From Sphaerodactylus townsendi (Eukaryota), in contig NC_059433.1 in the NCBI RefSeq assembly GCF_021028975.2, positions 32,674,001 to 32,738,000 of the forward strand: DNA of 64,000 nt, read 5' to 3'. Positions 39,526 to 52,091 of the stretch are shown one piece after another. A model generated the notes under the pieces. The model made no database searches. It worked only from the letters and a program-made list of their open reading frames with translations, and was not told the origin of the DNA. Made by a program: the position numbers and the translations under genes. The stretch's first letter is position 1. Each line of letters begins with the position of its first letter.

Positions 39526-42500
39526 TGTTATACAAGTGATCATAGGCAGCTGAAGACATCTTGTTGCCTGCAACAGAAAACCCAACACCACCCAGCAAAA
39601 GTGACATAAAAATGTGGTAAATTAAATAATTGACAGTTTGCTGTACTTTAGTGGGATCCTTCCTGAAATTTGCCACCTGAGGCAAACTGCCTTTCCCATT
39701 TTATGGGGAACAGGTGCTTTAAAGTGAACCAAATGGAGATTGTCAGTTCAAACTGCCTTGGAGATGAAGGCAATGCAATAACTGGACTTGGTAGGTCTGA
39801 AAAGGCCAGATGGTCATGACACAGCTAAAGTTGCCTGCTACAGGAATAAAATGAGCTGAGAACTAGGACTGCCCTATCTTCTTGGTTCACAGCGGTGTAC
39901 AGAAAACATACACAAATCTCTGGTAAGAGTTATCCTGTGCATAACTAGTTAGAGATACTTGGAGAAGGATTGTTGCAACAACTGCTTTCTGAATTTTTGT
40001 ATATTGCCAGCACTTAGGACTAGTGTCAATACTGAAAGACAACTATTTTTAATGCACCTGTGGATTACTGTACAGAATGGATACACTACACTGTACCATG
40101 AGTGATTGATTAGATGCTTGTGCCTTGTCATGTCTCGATATTGTGAATGGCAGTGAAATCATTTAGTACAGTGATCCTTGCACTAGTCCATCCAGTACCT
40201 GCAAAATTGAAAGTATTAAAAGTGTACTATTACACGTATGAATGTGAATGTTATACATTGAGATTCTTCACTGTAGAAAATGCACTAGAATCAACAGAAA
40301 ATGCAGAAAAAAAGAAAACACAGGTGGAACCTTCCAAATACAAAAAAGTGTCACAAATTATTGGCAGAACCATGGAGAGGAAGTTAAGGCTGTGTGTGTA
40401 CACTGGCTTCTTTTGATCTCAGACTTTTCTGCAGTCAAGAGTCTTTAAATTCTTGACTTGAGACAAGAAACTCAATGAATAGAATCATCAAAAATTTCCT
40501 CTATCAAGTTGCAGAAGCCTTTCAGTTCATTACAATGTTATTAGACAGTCTTCATAAAAGTGCTATGCATCTTTATTAAAAATGGAAGTTCACATCATTT
40601 TATGTTCCTATAAAAATGGGCGGAGGTAGCCTTGATTAATTTCTTCACGTATGGTGAACTTTACAGCAAATTGGACAGCATAATTCAATTCCTACTTGTG
40701 AGGGGGTTTTTTGTTGGTAGAAAATTGAAATAATTCAAAGGTAATCATATTGCCTTTGCAAGAGAAATTTAAGAAATAATATCCTGAAGTAATGACTGCA
40801 TGGCTTAATTATTAATGTGACTCTTTTGGTATGATGGCATGCATCTCTTTTATCAAGCAAGTCTTCTACCCAAAATGTTTCCCATCAGTATCTTGATGCT
40901 TCCTGAACCTTATGGACACTACCTGTTGAGAGCTTCTATACAAGCCTCACTTGTAGTCATGCGCAAAAGACTGACTGTAGTTGCTGTGGATTAGAGGGCT
41001 GCCTTCGGCCTTTTCTGCACAGACAACACAAATGGGTTAAATAAACCCATGTTCCCTGTGTCGCCATTTGCATGGTGGATGCAGGGGCCATCTGGGATTG
41101 CTGGGATCGTGGCGTCAGGATGTGCCATGGTTTATATAGGAAATGCTGTGTTTCTCTGTGAACTGTGCATCGGAGAATCACCCCTGGGAAGGATTTGATA
41201 ACTAAGTTATGTGCATCAAAAGCAGAGAAACTTTTGTTAAGGTTAGAGTAGTGTAACGACCCAAAGGACCCCCAGAATATTATTTATATATATTTCTGCT
41301 TTAAAATCATATTGGCAAAAGCCAGTTGCCAAAAGCACTCCTATGGGTGTAGGTAGCAGCAGCAGCAGCATGTCAAAGGTCAAAACTTCACTTTTAACAA
41401 AGCTAATATAATGAGTTACTCCAGCATAACTTGGAGGCCTCATTTGAGTCACTAGAATGCTTGATTACCACACCTTGCTATAGAAACTGTTAAAGCCAAC
41501 AGTATAGAGGGGGTATAGATACTGTCATTTCCCTATCTCTTCTGGGAACCCAGGTCAACAACAAATAGTTACTTCTCTGCATTTCCTTCCCTTTGCTTGA
41601 TGACTCTCCTAAAACCACTTATCCCATCCTGAATCAGATCAGTGACTCATTTCAAATCTGAATGCTGAGAGGCAGAGACTGTAAGAGTTATTACTTTGCA
41701 CTTGAAGCCATTAAGAGCAAATGGCCCCATGTGTCACCTTGGGTTGTAGCAGTAGATGAGATGACTAATGACCTCAGCACCCCCAAAAGTCCAGCATGGG
41801 AAATTCCAGAAGGGGATTTAGAAAAAAATAAAACTTCAAAACTCCACTTATTCCCGCCCCTTCCTGGGCAAGGGTATAGAAAGTTCAGTTCACCCCAACA
41901 CATGTGTGCTCAATTCCTGGCCTGTGCCTCTCTTTGGACTGGTTGGGTTATGAGAACCATCGATATCGATCAACCTTTTCTCAAGCCTGGATTCAGATGC
42001 TGGTCATTTGGAAATCCTTGCCTTCTACAAGATCTTCCTTCAGCTGAGATTTAGGTAGCGTATTACCCTGGAAAATCCCCCCCTCCATTTCCTATCATCC
42101 AATCTATCTTTCAAGAGCCTGTTTTATATCCTAGGGAAACTTGAAGTATGCTTATGTGCCTCTTTTGTGTCTTACTGAGTGTGTGTATTTTTAAAACAAA
42201 TTCTATCATAAAACATTTAAATCTCAATTTGGACTCTTTAGCTTCTCTGTGGAATATTCATTTAGCCAGAATTCCTTCCCCGTATCATAAAGTCTAAAAG
42301 ATCTCCTCTTGGCCCCTCTCCTGATCTGCCAATGTGAGTTCATTCCCCCTTGCTACTTTTAAAAACTATATGTGTGCTGTTACACTTTTTAGCAGCTGGT
42401 GGAGAATCCTATCCCAAATCCCCTTCCCCTGTTAAGGCCATAACAGTAGATTAAAAAAAATTAAATATTTTCTTAAAACGAAATTATAGGGCATATGGGA

Positions 42501-42544
42501 ATGACAAAAGAGAACAATGGAGTCTTTACAGAGGGAAGGTGGCA

Positions 42545-42695
42545 TGGTATGGTCCAATCGCATCAGCTCTCAGAAACTAAGCTGGGTCCGCAGAATGCAG
42601 AAAAAAGCAGTCCTAAACACCTCTGCTGATAATTTTCCTTGAAAACCCCTTGCTTGGGTTATCATAATTTGGCTGAGACTTGATGGCACTTTACA
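42545..42695 (+). mobile_element. Second degraded 5S-headed, BovB-tailed SINE
   Basis: ccaatcgcatcagctctcagaaactaagctgggtc resembles 5S rRNA. Tail cataatttggctgagacttgatggcac. Confidence 0.5.
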
Positions 42696-42757
42696 CTCAT
42701 GGAACTAGTGCTATCATTTTACTGCAGGCAAGAATTTTCTAAAAAAAACCCCAAACC

Positions 42758-42861
42758 CAGTGGTGGGATTCAGCAGGTTCGCACCACTTCTGCAGTACCG
42801 GTTGTTAAAATGGTGCTTGTAAACAACAACCAGTTGTTCAATTATTCGAATCCCACCACTG
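42758..42861. mobile_element. 104-bp hAT MITE
   Basis: Perfect TIRs cagtggtgggattc / gaatcccaccactg and 8-bp TSD cccaaacc. Confidence 0.92.
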
Positions 42862-44339
42862 CCCAAACCTTTTGATTTTTGTTTATATTTGCCATATCAG
42901 GCCTGCATTCTCAAATGACATTCCTTTAAAGTGTATCCATTACATTGATAGGTCCAACAGAATGTGATGCCTTCAACCTATACTTTTGAGTATCTTAGAG
43001 AGCATCTGCTTCTCTGTGAATCTTCTCATAGTTTAAGATCAGGTGAGGAGATAGTACCTCAGGGACCAAATTATGTGGAGGCCAGACTTCTGCATGAATC
43101 TGGGTTCGCCTGTCGCCACCATGCAGGGCTGGCTTGTTCTTCTGCCAACATTTCTTAGAGAGCTAAACATCTTGCTTCATTTGGTATGTGAAAATTAGTA
43201 TTACCGTAACTTCACACTCTTCTGTTCCTATTTTTATTTGCTCTGCTGCTTTGTCATTCTATTCTTTGAGTGTTACAGATGTGGGAGCTTTGAAACACTT
43301 TATTGTTATGCAGTTTGCATGCCGCTTTAACATTTTCTGAAATTTAGGTAATATATTTATGTCTTTAACAAATGCCCACATTTTCCAATTATATCCAAAT
43401 AAAGGATGTCAAAGCTATGCTACAGTTACTTAATAAGGAATTCAGAAGTACAACAAAAAAAATTGACATTGAGTGTAATCTGTTCTGTAGGATTTTTAAA
43501 GGGATCCTGAACCCTTCTCCCGCATTAATGTCCTATTGTGTTTTCAGGTTTGCGTTACTGTCAGTGAGGCAGATGTCATGCAGTGTGAATGAAAGATAAA
43601 AGTGATGCCCCACACAATCCATTCTGTGAATATGTCCCAGCTCTCAAATTACTACAGTCCACAAGAGTTTTGCTTCTATAAACTGGAAAATCATAACAAA
43701 TTGAGGTGGCTGGAAATGTCAGTGAGTATGACATTTGCGGTCACCTCAGAAGAACATCTTCCAGTTACTGACTTTGAACAGAAAGACTGGTGCACTTTAA
43801 ATACCACAGGATCTGTGACAACTGCAAACAGCAGTAACTTGATAACATAAAAGTTTAAGGAGTACACCAAGTGTGTTTGGGACAAACTTTGAGTACTTGT
43901 CTGATGTAGCTGCCATTGTTGTCAGGTTGTATTCCTGGATAATATTTGAGAGAAACAAAGCAACACTAATATATTGTCGAAGGCTACACTAAGCAACACT
44001 AAGTTTGGGTTGTGGGTTTTGCGCACCAAACTCTGAACAATAAACATCACCCTCCTGGTTGCTATTCATTACAATAACGTGGGAGCAAAAATGTTAGGGC
44101 ATTGAGCAGGTTTTTTTTGAGCAGTTTTCTTTTGACACTTTCTTTTCTGGTACCAATCCATTAGACAGGACCTGAATCCGTAGAACAATGAGACTCACTT
44201 CCTGGATCATAGAGAGCTACATTCACAATTATTGGTTACCAGAACAGGTTCTGAACTGCAGTATGCTCTGTCCACCATCTTAAATCTACAGAAACAGCAA
44301 CATGTAACTATAATGTATCCCCTTAAATTACCAAAGCAA

Positions 44340-45437
44340 GGACCACCCCCGTTTGTGGTTTTTTAAAATATTTTGAAGTGTTTTTTGTTTTTGGCCTGCA
44401 GGGGACACGATTTTTAGGCTAGCAGCACCAAAATTTCAGGGATGTTTTGGGAGACTCTCCTGATGATACTACCCAGGTTTGGTTTAGTGGGTCCAAAGTT
44501 ATGGACTCTCAAAGGGGGTGCCCCCATCCCCATTGTTTCCAATGGGAGCTAATAGAAGATGGGGGCTACACTTTGGAGAGTCCATAACTTTGGACCCCCT
44601 GAACCCAACTTCACCAAACCTGGGTGGTACCATCAGAAGAGTCTCTTACTGATACCATCCAGGTTTTGTGAAGTTTGGTCCAGGGGGTCCAACGTTATGG
44701 ACTCTCAAAGGGAGTGCCCCATCCCCCATTGTTTCCAATTGGATCTATAAAAGATGGGGCTACACATTTGAGGTTCCATAATTTTGGACCCCCTGAACCC
44801 AACTTCACCAAACTGGGTGGTATCATTAGGAGAGTCTCCTAAAGATACCCTGAAAGTTTGGTGTTGCTAGCTTAACAATTGCATCCTTGACACCAGGCAC
44901 CCCCCCCCCAAGTTTCCCCAGATTCTCCTTTTAAATCCACCCCCTTCGGCATGGATTTAGAGGGAGAATCTAAGGTCCCCAGTTTAAAGATTTAAAGTGA
45001 TGCTGCTCCAGGGTGGGGGATAATGCACCCCAAAACAGCATTACTTTCAATGCTGTTTTAACTGGGGACCCCAGATTCTCCCTTTAAGGTGGATTTAAAA
45101 GGAGAATTTGGGTTCATTAGTTTAAACACCATTGAAAGTGATGCTGTTTGGGAGTGGATTCCAGCATCACAGTGGATTCCAGCATCACAGCAACTCATAT
45201 TTTGCACCAGGCTCCATTTTCCCTAGCTATGCCTCTGCCCAGAGGGGAGGGCAGAAGGGGCTGCTGGCTGCCAGCTGGGAGCCCAGCTGATGGGGGGTGG
45301 GCAGGGCAGGGCAGGGCAGTCTTCCATCCCCGGCCTCGAAGAGCTGCTTTTATAAGTATTGAGGCTGGGGTGGGGCTTGGGGAGGCATGGTCATGCCCCT
45401 GACCCCCCCCCCTAAAAAATCTATACCTACGTCCCTG
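44340..45437. mobile_element. Left-truncated non-autonomous DNA transposon with internal ~190-bp tandem and inverted repeats
   Basis: Repeated units (ttatggactctcaaaggg...cccattgtttccaat...ggaccccctgaacccaacttcaccaaac) and a hAT-like right end ctacgtccctg. A related fragment lies at ~13890-14040. Confidence 0.6.
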
Positions 45438-45893
45438 TACCAAAGCATGGCATGATTGTGAAAGGAAGGGCTTGCAAGTCAGAATTATGACACAAAACAA
45501 GAATGCAAACCTTCAAGTTCTCTAGAACTCTGTTGGGCATAAAGAAGTGTTTCTTTATATTTAAAGGTCCCTTCAAGCTTTCCTCTACTTCTGCAAGAGA
45601 ACAGGTGATTAGAACCTCTCTCTGTGCTTTCTACTTGCAATGAGGTTTGTTTTTAATTGAAGTATGCCTCATTCCACCATCTCATTCAGCTGAATATGTT
45701 GACCTAGTTTTATGCACAGAACTCCTAGATCTCCATAATCATGGAGAAGCTGTGTTGCGCTTTAAAATAAAACTGTTAGTTTCACCTTGAACTAGTAATA
45801 ATGATGAAATCACCTCACTTTCCAAAGAAATTGCCCACTCTCCTGGAATATGGGGCAAATGTCATGGGCAACAGTGCTCCAAAGAATCACAGG

Positions 45894-46906
45894 TGTTACC
45901 CGCAGGAAAATAGGAAAAATATTTTTTTTCAGGCTGCTCCTCAAACTACACAGCTGGGATCAGAGCAAAGAGACCAGTGTTGTCAAAAGCTATCCAACAA
46001 AGTTCACAGAGCATATGTATGTTTATTACCAATACTATATGGTTTCCCTCTTGTTTGTATGCCATTTGGGATGTATTAAAAGCCCCTTTTAAGTTGAATT
46101 TGTGATGTGCCTGCAGTTTAGGATGTTAGTTTAGTTAGGTTCTTCAGTTAAGTTTAAGGTTTTGTTATTATTGAATTTAAGAAAAGCCATACCAATAAAT
46201 TATCTGTAAAGTCTTGCTTATAAGTATAAGTACATGTGTTTATGTTTAAAGGTTTCCCTAACGTTTAAGTTTAGAAATGTTATTTGTGTGTTTTGAACAT
46301 TGTCTGATATGGCCAAAGCAATTGTGGCCAGAAAGGTTGATATTAAAGAGACGAAACTAGTCCTGGAATTCAGTTTGGACCAGCACCCAGGTAATCCCAT
46401 CTTCACCAACAAAAGGATCTTGACTAACAAGGAAGGATATACTGTTTTGCTATTGGACTGTTTTGAAGTTTTACTCAGGATCCAGAAGCTCATTGGACTA
46501 TTAGAGTTTCCAATTCATCTCAAGACCCATTGGACAATTGAAGTTTCCACTTCTAGGATCTCAAGATTCATTGGCAGCCTTTTCTTTTGGGACCTAATCC
46601 CATCAGCAAAAAAACAAAAGACTGTCTTCCTCCTCTTTGTTTTGAAATTGTCTGTATATTATGTGGCAGGGCCTCCCTTCCTCTGATCAGGTGAAAAACT
46701 GTGTATACAAAAGGGCTGTGTTTCGTTCTGTACTGGGCAGTCTGGCCTGGAAGAGCTTGAAATCACAATAAAGAACCTGCTCTGAAGGCAGCCTGCCCTC
46801 TGCATCCACTCACTGTGAAGCTGAAATCACTCTGAAATCACTATTGCTCATTGCTGACAAAGCTGAAATCACTTTCCTATGGATTTACCCCTGGCTGTGG
46901 GTAACA
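45894..46906 (+). repeat. 5' LTR
   Basis: Direct repeat of 52092-53099. TATA-like tgtatacaaaa at ~46703, AATAAA at 46767-46772, three copies of ctgaaatcact in U5. Confidence 0.93.
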
Positions 46907-46909
46907 GTT

Positions 46910-46926
46910 TGGAAGTTCCACAGATT
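46910..46926 (+). promoter_or_regulatory. Primer binding site, degenerate tRNA-Gln type
   Basis: tggaagttccacagat lies 3 nt after the LTR. Canonical Gln PBS is TGGAGGTTCCACCGAGAT (one substitution, 2-nt deletion). Confidence 0.7.
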
Positions 46927-47379
46927 CCCTGAACTCTCAGGGTGCAGGCTCTGGGAGCTGGTCCAGAAGCTGCATGCCAGCTCTCAAGACCAGGCAAGAT
47001 TCTTGGGTGCTCATGGACCTTAGGGACATCGATAGAGGAGACTTTGAGAACCAGGTAGAGATCCCCTTGATTCTTAGAGGGGAAATTGGTTTAGGTTGTT
47101 AGGCTTAGATAGTTTTTTGGGGGTTTAAGATTGCAGGCTTAGACATAGTCTGGGTCTGGGCAGAATAGATTTTGACCTGACTTTGGAAGTCAGCTTAGGT
47201 CATAGGTTTAGATTTAGTTCAGAGGTTTGGATTGAATTGATTTGGGTCTGGCTTTGGAAATCAGCCTGGACCTTAGGTTTATAGAGTTTGACTCAGAATG
47301 TGCAGGTTCTCTGAAGATTAGTTTGTGGTGCCTATTACAGGAGGTGGGTGTTAGTGATTTGAGGAAAGAAAGGAGAACA

Positions 47380-48915
47380 ATGGGAGTCACAGAATCTAAA
47401 TTCTTTAGAAATCCCAGTCTTTACTTATGGATGCACCTTACATTGTGTCCTGTTTAGATTGGAATAAAGTTAAGTAAGAGTCCTCAGGTTAGCGAAAACA
47501 GTTTGTACTTAGTGCAAGGAGGTGGACTACTCATGTGTCTTGCCCTTGATTAGCCAAGAGTAGAGTGCGTTTGAATAGCCCTTACTCCGGGACCTTAATC
47601 AGCTCTAATTAAAGCGGGAAAAGAAAAAGGAAGCTAAAAAACTCTTCGTAGAACATGAAATCTATTGGAATCCAAAGAATTATGGATGCCCAGGGTTCTA
47701 ACATTTTGATAGTTAGTCCAGCCCAGCCTGAGACACTAAAGAGGCAGACCAAAATCTACTCCCCGTAAAGAATCTGAAATTTTGCCTCTCTCCTGAGGAG
47801 GACATGCTGGACTCCCCACTGATGTTTGGCTAGGGCACTTTAGCCTCTCCCACCACAGGGGTGGTAATTCAGGCTATAGGATCACCAGGTCAGCAAAGTG
47901 TTAAGGAGTTCCTACTCGGCTCCTCGCTCCCATTTTAAGTTCCCAGTCACCCCGGTGGCTGGGTGGGCAGATCAGTCCTTCAGAACTTGGTGACCCAAGT
48001 GGCCCAGCCCCGATTGAGCTCCACTCTCCTGGGCTCCCCGACCTTGTTGGGCATTTTTCTCATGCCTCAGGGGAACTCAGTGGCTGGGAGTATACCGGTT
48101 AGGACCCAGATGGCTATAGATGCACAGGGGCACCCCAGTCTGCTACGTGCATGTCCTTTTAACTACAGTCTAAATAGCTGGAAGCGTGAAGTTGCCCCCT
48201 ATTCCTGAACCCCTACGCCATGTGCCAGCTGTAGAGTCCATTTTGACACCCACCTACCCACTTATGCTGATATTAGTCCAATGATGAAAATACTTTTGAC
48301 CAATGAGGAGAGTCTCTAGTGATGAGGACTGCTAAGGAAGAGGCAGAAAAGCATGTAGCCGGACGGCAGACAGGGTAAAACCCTCCCACTCTGGAATTGG
48401 TTCTCCATCCGGGATCCGAGATGGAAGGATAATAATAACAAGATAGGAGATAGGGACAGATTGGCAACTTATAGGGGAGTTTATTTTGGCTGGGTTTAGG
48501 AAGGGGGCCCTCATATACAACCTCTCCAAATTACACTCTTTGATGCAGAAGGAGAATCCCCATCGGCTTTTCATGGAGGCATTATCCGTTAGGAATGCAT
48601 AAATGAATCAGATAGATCCAAGATGAATTAGTTTCCCGGTCCACTTATTAATAGTATCTTCATTGGAGGGCGCCCCAGACATCGAAGAAGCTCCAACCGG
48701 ATTGACAATAGCCGTTAGAGGGACCCAGGAAGCTCCTTAGGACTCTTAATGCTGTTTTATGGCGACCCTGACACTGGAAGTCCCTAGCCGAAACTTCGCC
48801 GCCATAGCCAGCTTTTGGCCGCACTCTCCAGGATAGAGTCAGGGCCCTAGTGATTTCCCGAATAAGAACCCGCCCGTACCCCGCACACCAGTACACCCAT
48901 TGGCAGGGGACCAGC
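47380..48915 (+). pseudogene. gag: Frameshifted gammaretrovirus-like gag
   Basis: Myristoylation-type start MGVTESK. p30-like motifs across frames: PFNYSLNSWKREVAP, TAKEEAEK, DRLATYR..ILAGFRKG, NLSKL..LMQKENP, FIG..APDI..KLQ. Confidence 0.85.
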
Positions 48916-49973
48916 CCCATACAACCCATGCCACAGAGGATTTATCCCCCACATGCTCAATAATCCTTCCATCCTCAGCCCCCCAGCTCCTTGTCCAACC
49001 CACTTGGGATCCCTGGTTATACTTTCCTTCTAGGACAGCCGAGACTCTTGGAGTCCCACGCTTGCGACCAGCCCCGAAAAGGGACCTGGGAACCAGCGGG
49101 GACCAACCACAAAGGCAGAGGCCAGAACCCCTGGGCTTGTATTGTCTGCCGTTCCCCTTCCTTACCTTAGCCTCTCCAGTCCTGCAAGGATGTAGATGCA
49201 TGGGAGCTCCTTAGAAGCCAGGACTTAGAGTTCTTGCAACCAGGATAATCACATTAGGATTGGGGGGGATTTGGAAGCTTTCCATACCTGCTCCTGGAGG
49301 CGGTACCTGGGAAGGTGGCCGACAGCCCATCCCCTTCAGCCCTGCTTCCCCTCCCCATCTCCCACGTGAAACAAGCACTTAATAGACCCGTTCGAGAGGC
49401 TGAGCTCGGTCTGCCCAGATCAGCTGGGCGCTCTGCCTACTAGAGGTGTTCAGCTTGGTTATTAGATCCCCATCCCCTCCTGAATTCACCAGGCGATTTA
49501 GCTCCAGGATCTGTCCATACCTGACTCCCCTTTTGGGAACTTGGAGAATTATCCTGGCAGCATGCAGCTCTAGGATAGCTCTCAGTACCCCATCCTATCT
49601 ATTTGGATTCAGCACAAAGTCCATGGATCTACTTCTAATGATCCCACGGCCCTTCGCCCTAATGTGTTGCAGCTGATTCCCGATTACCAACCAGTTCAGC
49701 AGGCTGGACAAACTTTCAGCTCCCAGCTAGGTGGCTGTGTTGTCAACCCTGTGCCAACTGTGCTTGTTAGATGCCACAACTGATTGCCCTGAAACTGTTT
49801 GTGCTGCCCAGCCAATTGCCTGGCAGCCTTCTCATCCCCTGGCCCCGGGAGTCGGTGCCCAGGTGCCAGCGGCTGTCCAGGAAGTTCCCTCTGCCCTGTG
49901 AGTGCCAACCTTAGATGCTTCCAGGTGCCCATTCTGTGCAATCAAGTGCCCTGTCTGTACCTCCCAGTCCCTG

Positions 49974-50622
49974 ATGTTGTTTTGACCCTGATTGTGTTAT
50001 TTGCTATGCTGGGGTTTGTGGTTTCTACCTTTGACCTGTCACTGCCAGTTAGCCATTTTGTGTCTAGTTATTGCATCCAGAAGAGGCCCAGGCAGCCATT
50101 TCAGATGGGATGCAAAATCTCGAACACAAATTTCTCCCACAAGATTCAGAAGGGTTTGAAGCCAAACCCGGAAAGTCTTGCCAGGAAACAGAGAAAAAGA
50201 GTCCAGAATCAATGCCTTTGATGTCCTCAAGAACTCCAAAGGGGTGATACAAAGAAATAGAGGTGGGGTACAAAACTGCAGGAACACCCTGCCTAGGTGG
50301 AGCTGAGGCGAGGTCCCAAGCAAACCTGGCATGGATTCTTTGTTAACCGGTGTGTTGCTTGGTTGCAGTTTCTCAATTAAACCAATACATGCAGTATACT
50401 GGAGGAAATGGCAGCAACTGTCAGCACTTCTCTCTTTCAAAATGTCACCTGCTCGCCACAGACCCCAAAGTGGCTCTCTGTCGCGGTGGTGATACTCATT
50501 ACCCCCTTTCTTTCCTTTCATTCCTAGTTTTTTTCCTTGTTCCACTCTTCAGTATAATTGTGTTTGCTGGCCCACGTTCACTTGAAATGGATTGTGTTCA
50601 GTATTATGCTGCTTGTGTTTAG
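49974..50622 (+). pseudogene. Frameshifted, intronless membrane-protein gene inside the ERV, MHC class I-like (partial alpha1 + alpha2, no alpha3)
   Basis: Splice acceptor at 49967 and ATG at 49974. One extra T gives signal peptide MLFLTLIVLFAMLGFVVS. Motifs in order: C(50179), AFD, DTKKxRW, RW(EAE), WHGFFVNRCVAWLQFL, NVT sequon, then a hydrophobic segment from 50471. 3' end uncertain (50622-50755). Confidence 0.6.
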
Positions 50623-50934
50623 AATTGTTTTTTTGCACGAAACAGGTATATACCTACAGTCCCTGGAAACAGCAACGGCTGGAAGCCAACCCACACCGCA
50701 CGTTATCGTTTGCCCTTCTATATACTCTCACTTTGTTTTATATCTAATGCTTTAACTGCCTGGCTCTCTTTCCAAGTGCAATGTCACAGGGCTATTGATT
50801 CAGGACAAGAGCCCGGCTGAGATTCTTTGAGCACTGGGTTCAGGTCGTTGAATGGGGACCCCTGGTCCAGAGAAGTGGGGTTAAAAGGCCCCTAGGATCC
50901 CAGACCTTAGGTTGAGTACTGAGCTCAGGTTTTG

Positions 50935-51530
50935 GTTTTGGGTTGAGTCCCTGGAACTTCTGCCATGTGAAGTTCTGTTTGGGGCCCCAGAAACTCGGGT
51001 CATGCTCTAAATAAAGAAATCTCCTTGTTGTCGAGAGTCTCTCCCGGTCTCCTGTGCTTTTCCTCTTTACCACCATATGTAGTTTGGCCCCCTCCTATAC
51101 CTTTGTCTCTTTGGTTTTAAAACTGGTACGTGCCTTAGGTTCCTATGCGTTATATGCTTTTATATTTACTATTGTTCCCGGTCTGCGAGGTGGTCAAGCT
51201 CTACTTCTTCTGCCCTGATAGTTGTCTAGGGTGCTCTAGGCTCTGCTGTTGCCAGATCCCAACTTCGAAAAGAACCACAGTCGACCAGACTCTGACCTTG
51301 CAGAGAAACATTCCCTTGAGATAGCCACGAGCTGATGGCCGGAAAGATGACTTTGCCCTAATACCCTTCTCTGTAGCCAGACCCATAGGCACAGGAAGAC
51401 CGTTTGAAGCTGCTGCCTGCCTGTTTCCCAGCGACTGAGCTTTGAAAGCACCAGAAAGCCAGGCGTGAAAGGGACCCACGTTAGTTCCACCCGATGAAGT
51501 GGGTAAAGTCACGCAGAAGGTGACGCCTTG
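50935..51530 (+). pseudogene. pol: Possible integrase C-terminal remnant
   Basis: GLSP / PCEVLFGAP and FPSD*ALK...*KGPTLV...VGKV resemble the SPxExLFGRP and PGDWV...WKGPYxV...VKV motifs of class I ERV integrases. Confidence 0.45.
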
Positions 51531-52081
51531 CCCTAGGTAGAAAGCATCAGAGGGGGGGGGACACTGATGCTGTGAGCGGCTTGGACGCTTACTGACAGAT
51601 GGCTGGCTGGCAAGCTCCGCCCGCGCGATGGGCCGTAACCCGTAGCTGCTTGGATTCCCTTTAGCTGAACGCATGGCTTTGCTTCTGAACACCTGTTGTG
51701 ACCACAGTGCCTGCCCGCCAGCAGACGACTACATCTGCCTTGCCAGCAGCCGCTTCCCTCGAGTTCCAGTTGGATTTACAATGGGTCCACCTAAGCCCGT
51801 TTTGCTGGATCCTCCGAAGTTTGCAGAAGTTTCCCATGCCTCTGAGCACCCTATTGCCCCAATCTGCCAGTCCCCAGTGGTCAAGCCTAGTAAAAGCGCC
51901 TTGCCTACCTCCCTCCCTCCTGGAAACCTGGCTGCCTGAAGCCACTCTGGCCCCATTTAGCTGTAGTATGTATTCTCTTTGCTGTTTTTGAAATTGCGTC
52001 TGCTCCATGCCTTTGACTTACAGACCCACATGATTTGATTCTGGGCACCCAAGTCCCGGATGCCCCGGAACTTGGGCACCC

Positions 52082-52090
52082 AGAAGGGGA
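52082..52090 (+). promoter_or_regulatory. Polypurine tract
   Basis: agaagggga ends 1 nt before the 3' LTR. Confidence 0.75.
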
Positions 52091-52091
52091 C

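Noticed and set aside
46218-46686. ORFs inside the LTRs (possible U3 accessory gene)
   Set aside because: The frames are not conserved between the two LTRs and no domain is recognisable.
50200-50560. Env TM interpretation of the ERV membrane-protein segment
   Set aside because: No convincing LQNRxxLD immunosuppressive motif, CX6CC or furin site, and it lies upstream of the putative integrase remnant.
51430-51475. TGG-to-TGA changes at two expected Trp codons, suggesting APOBEC editing
   Set aside because: Only two or three sites in mixed contexts, indistinguishable from decay or sequencing error without a consensus.
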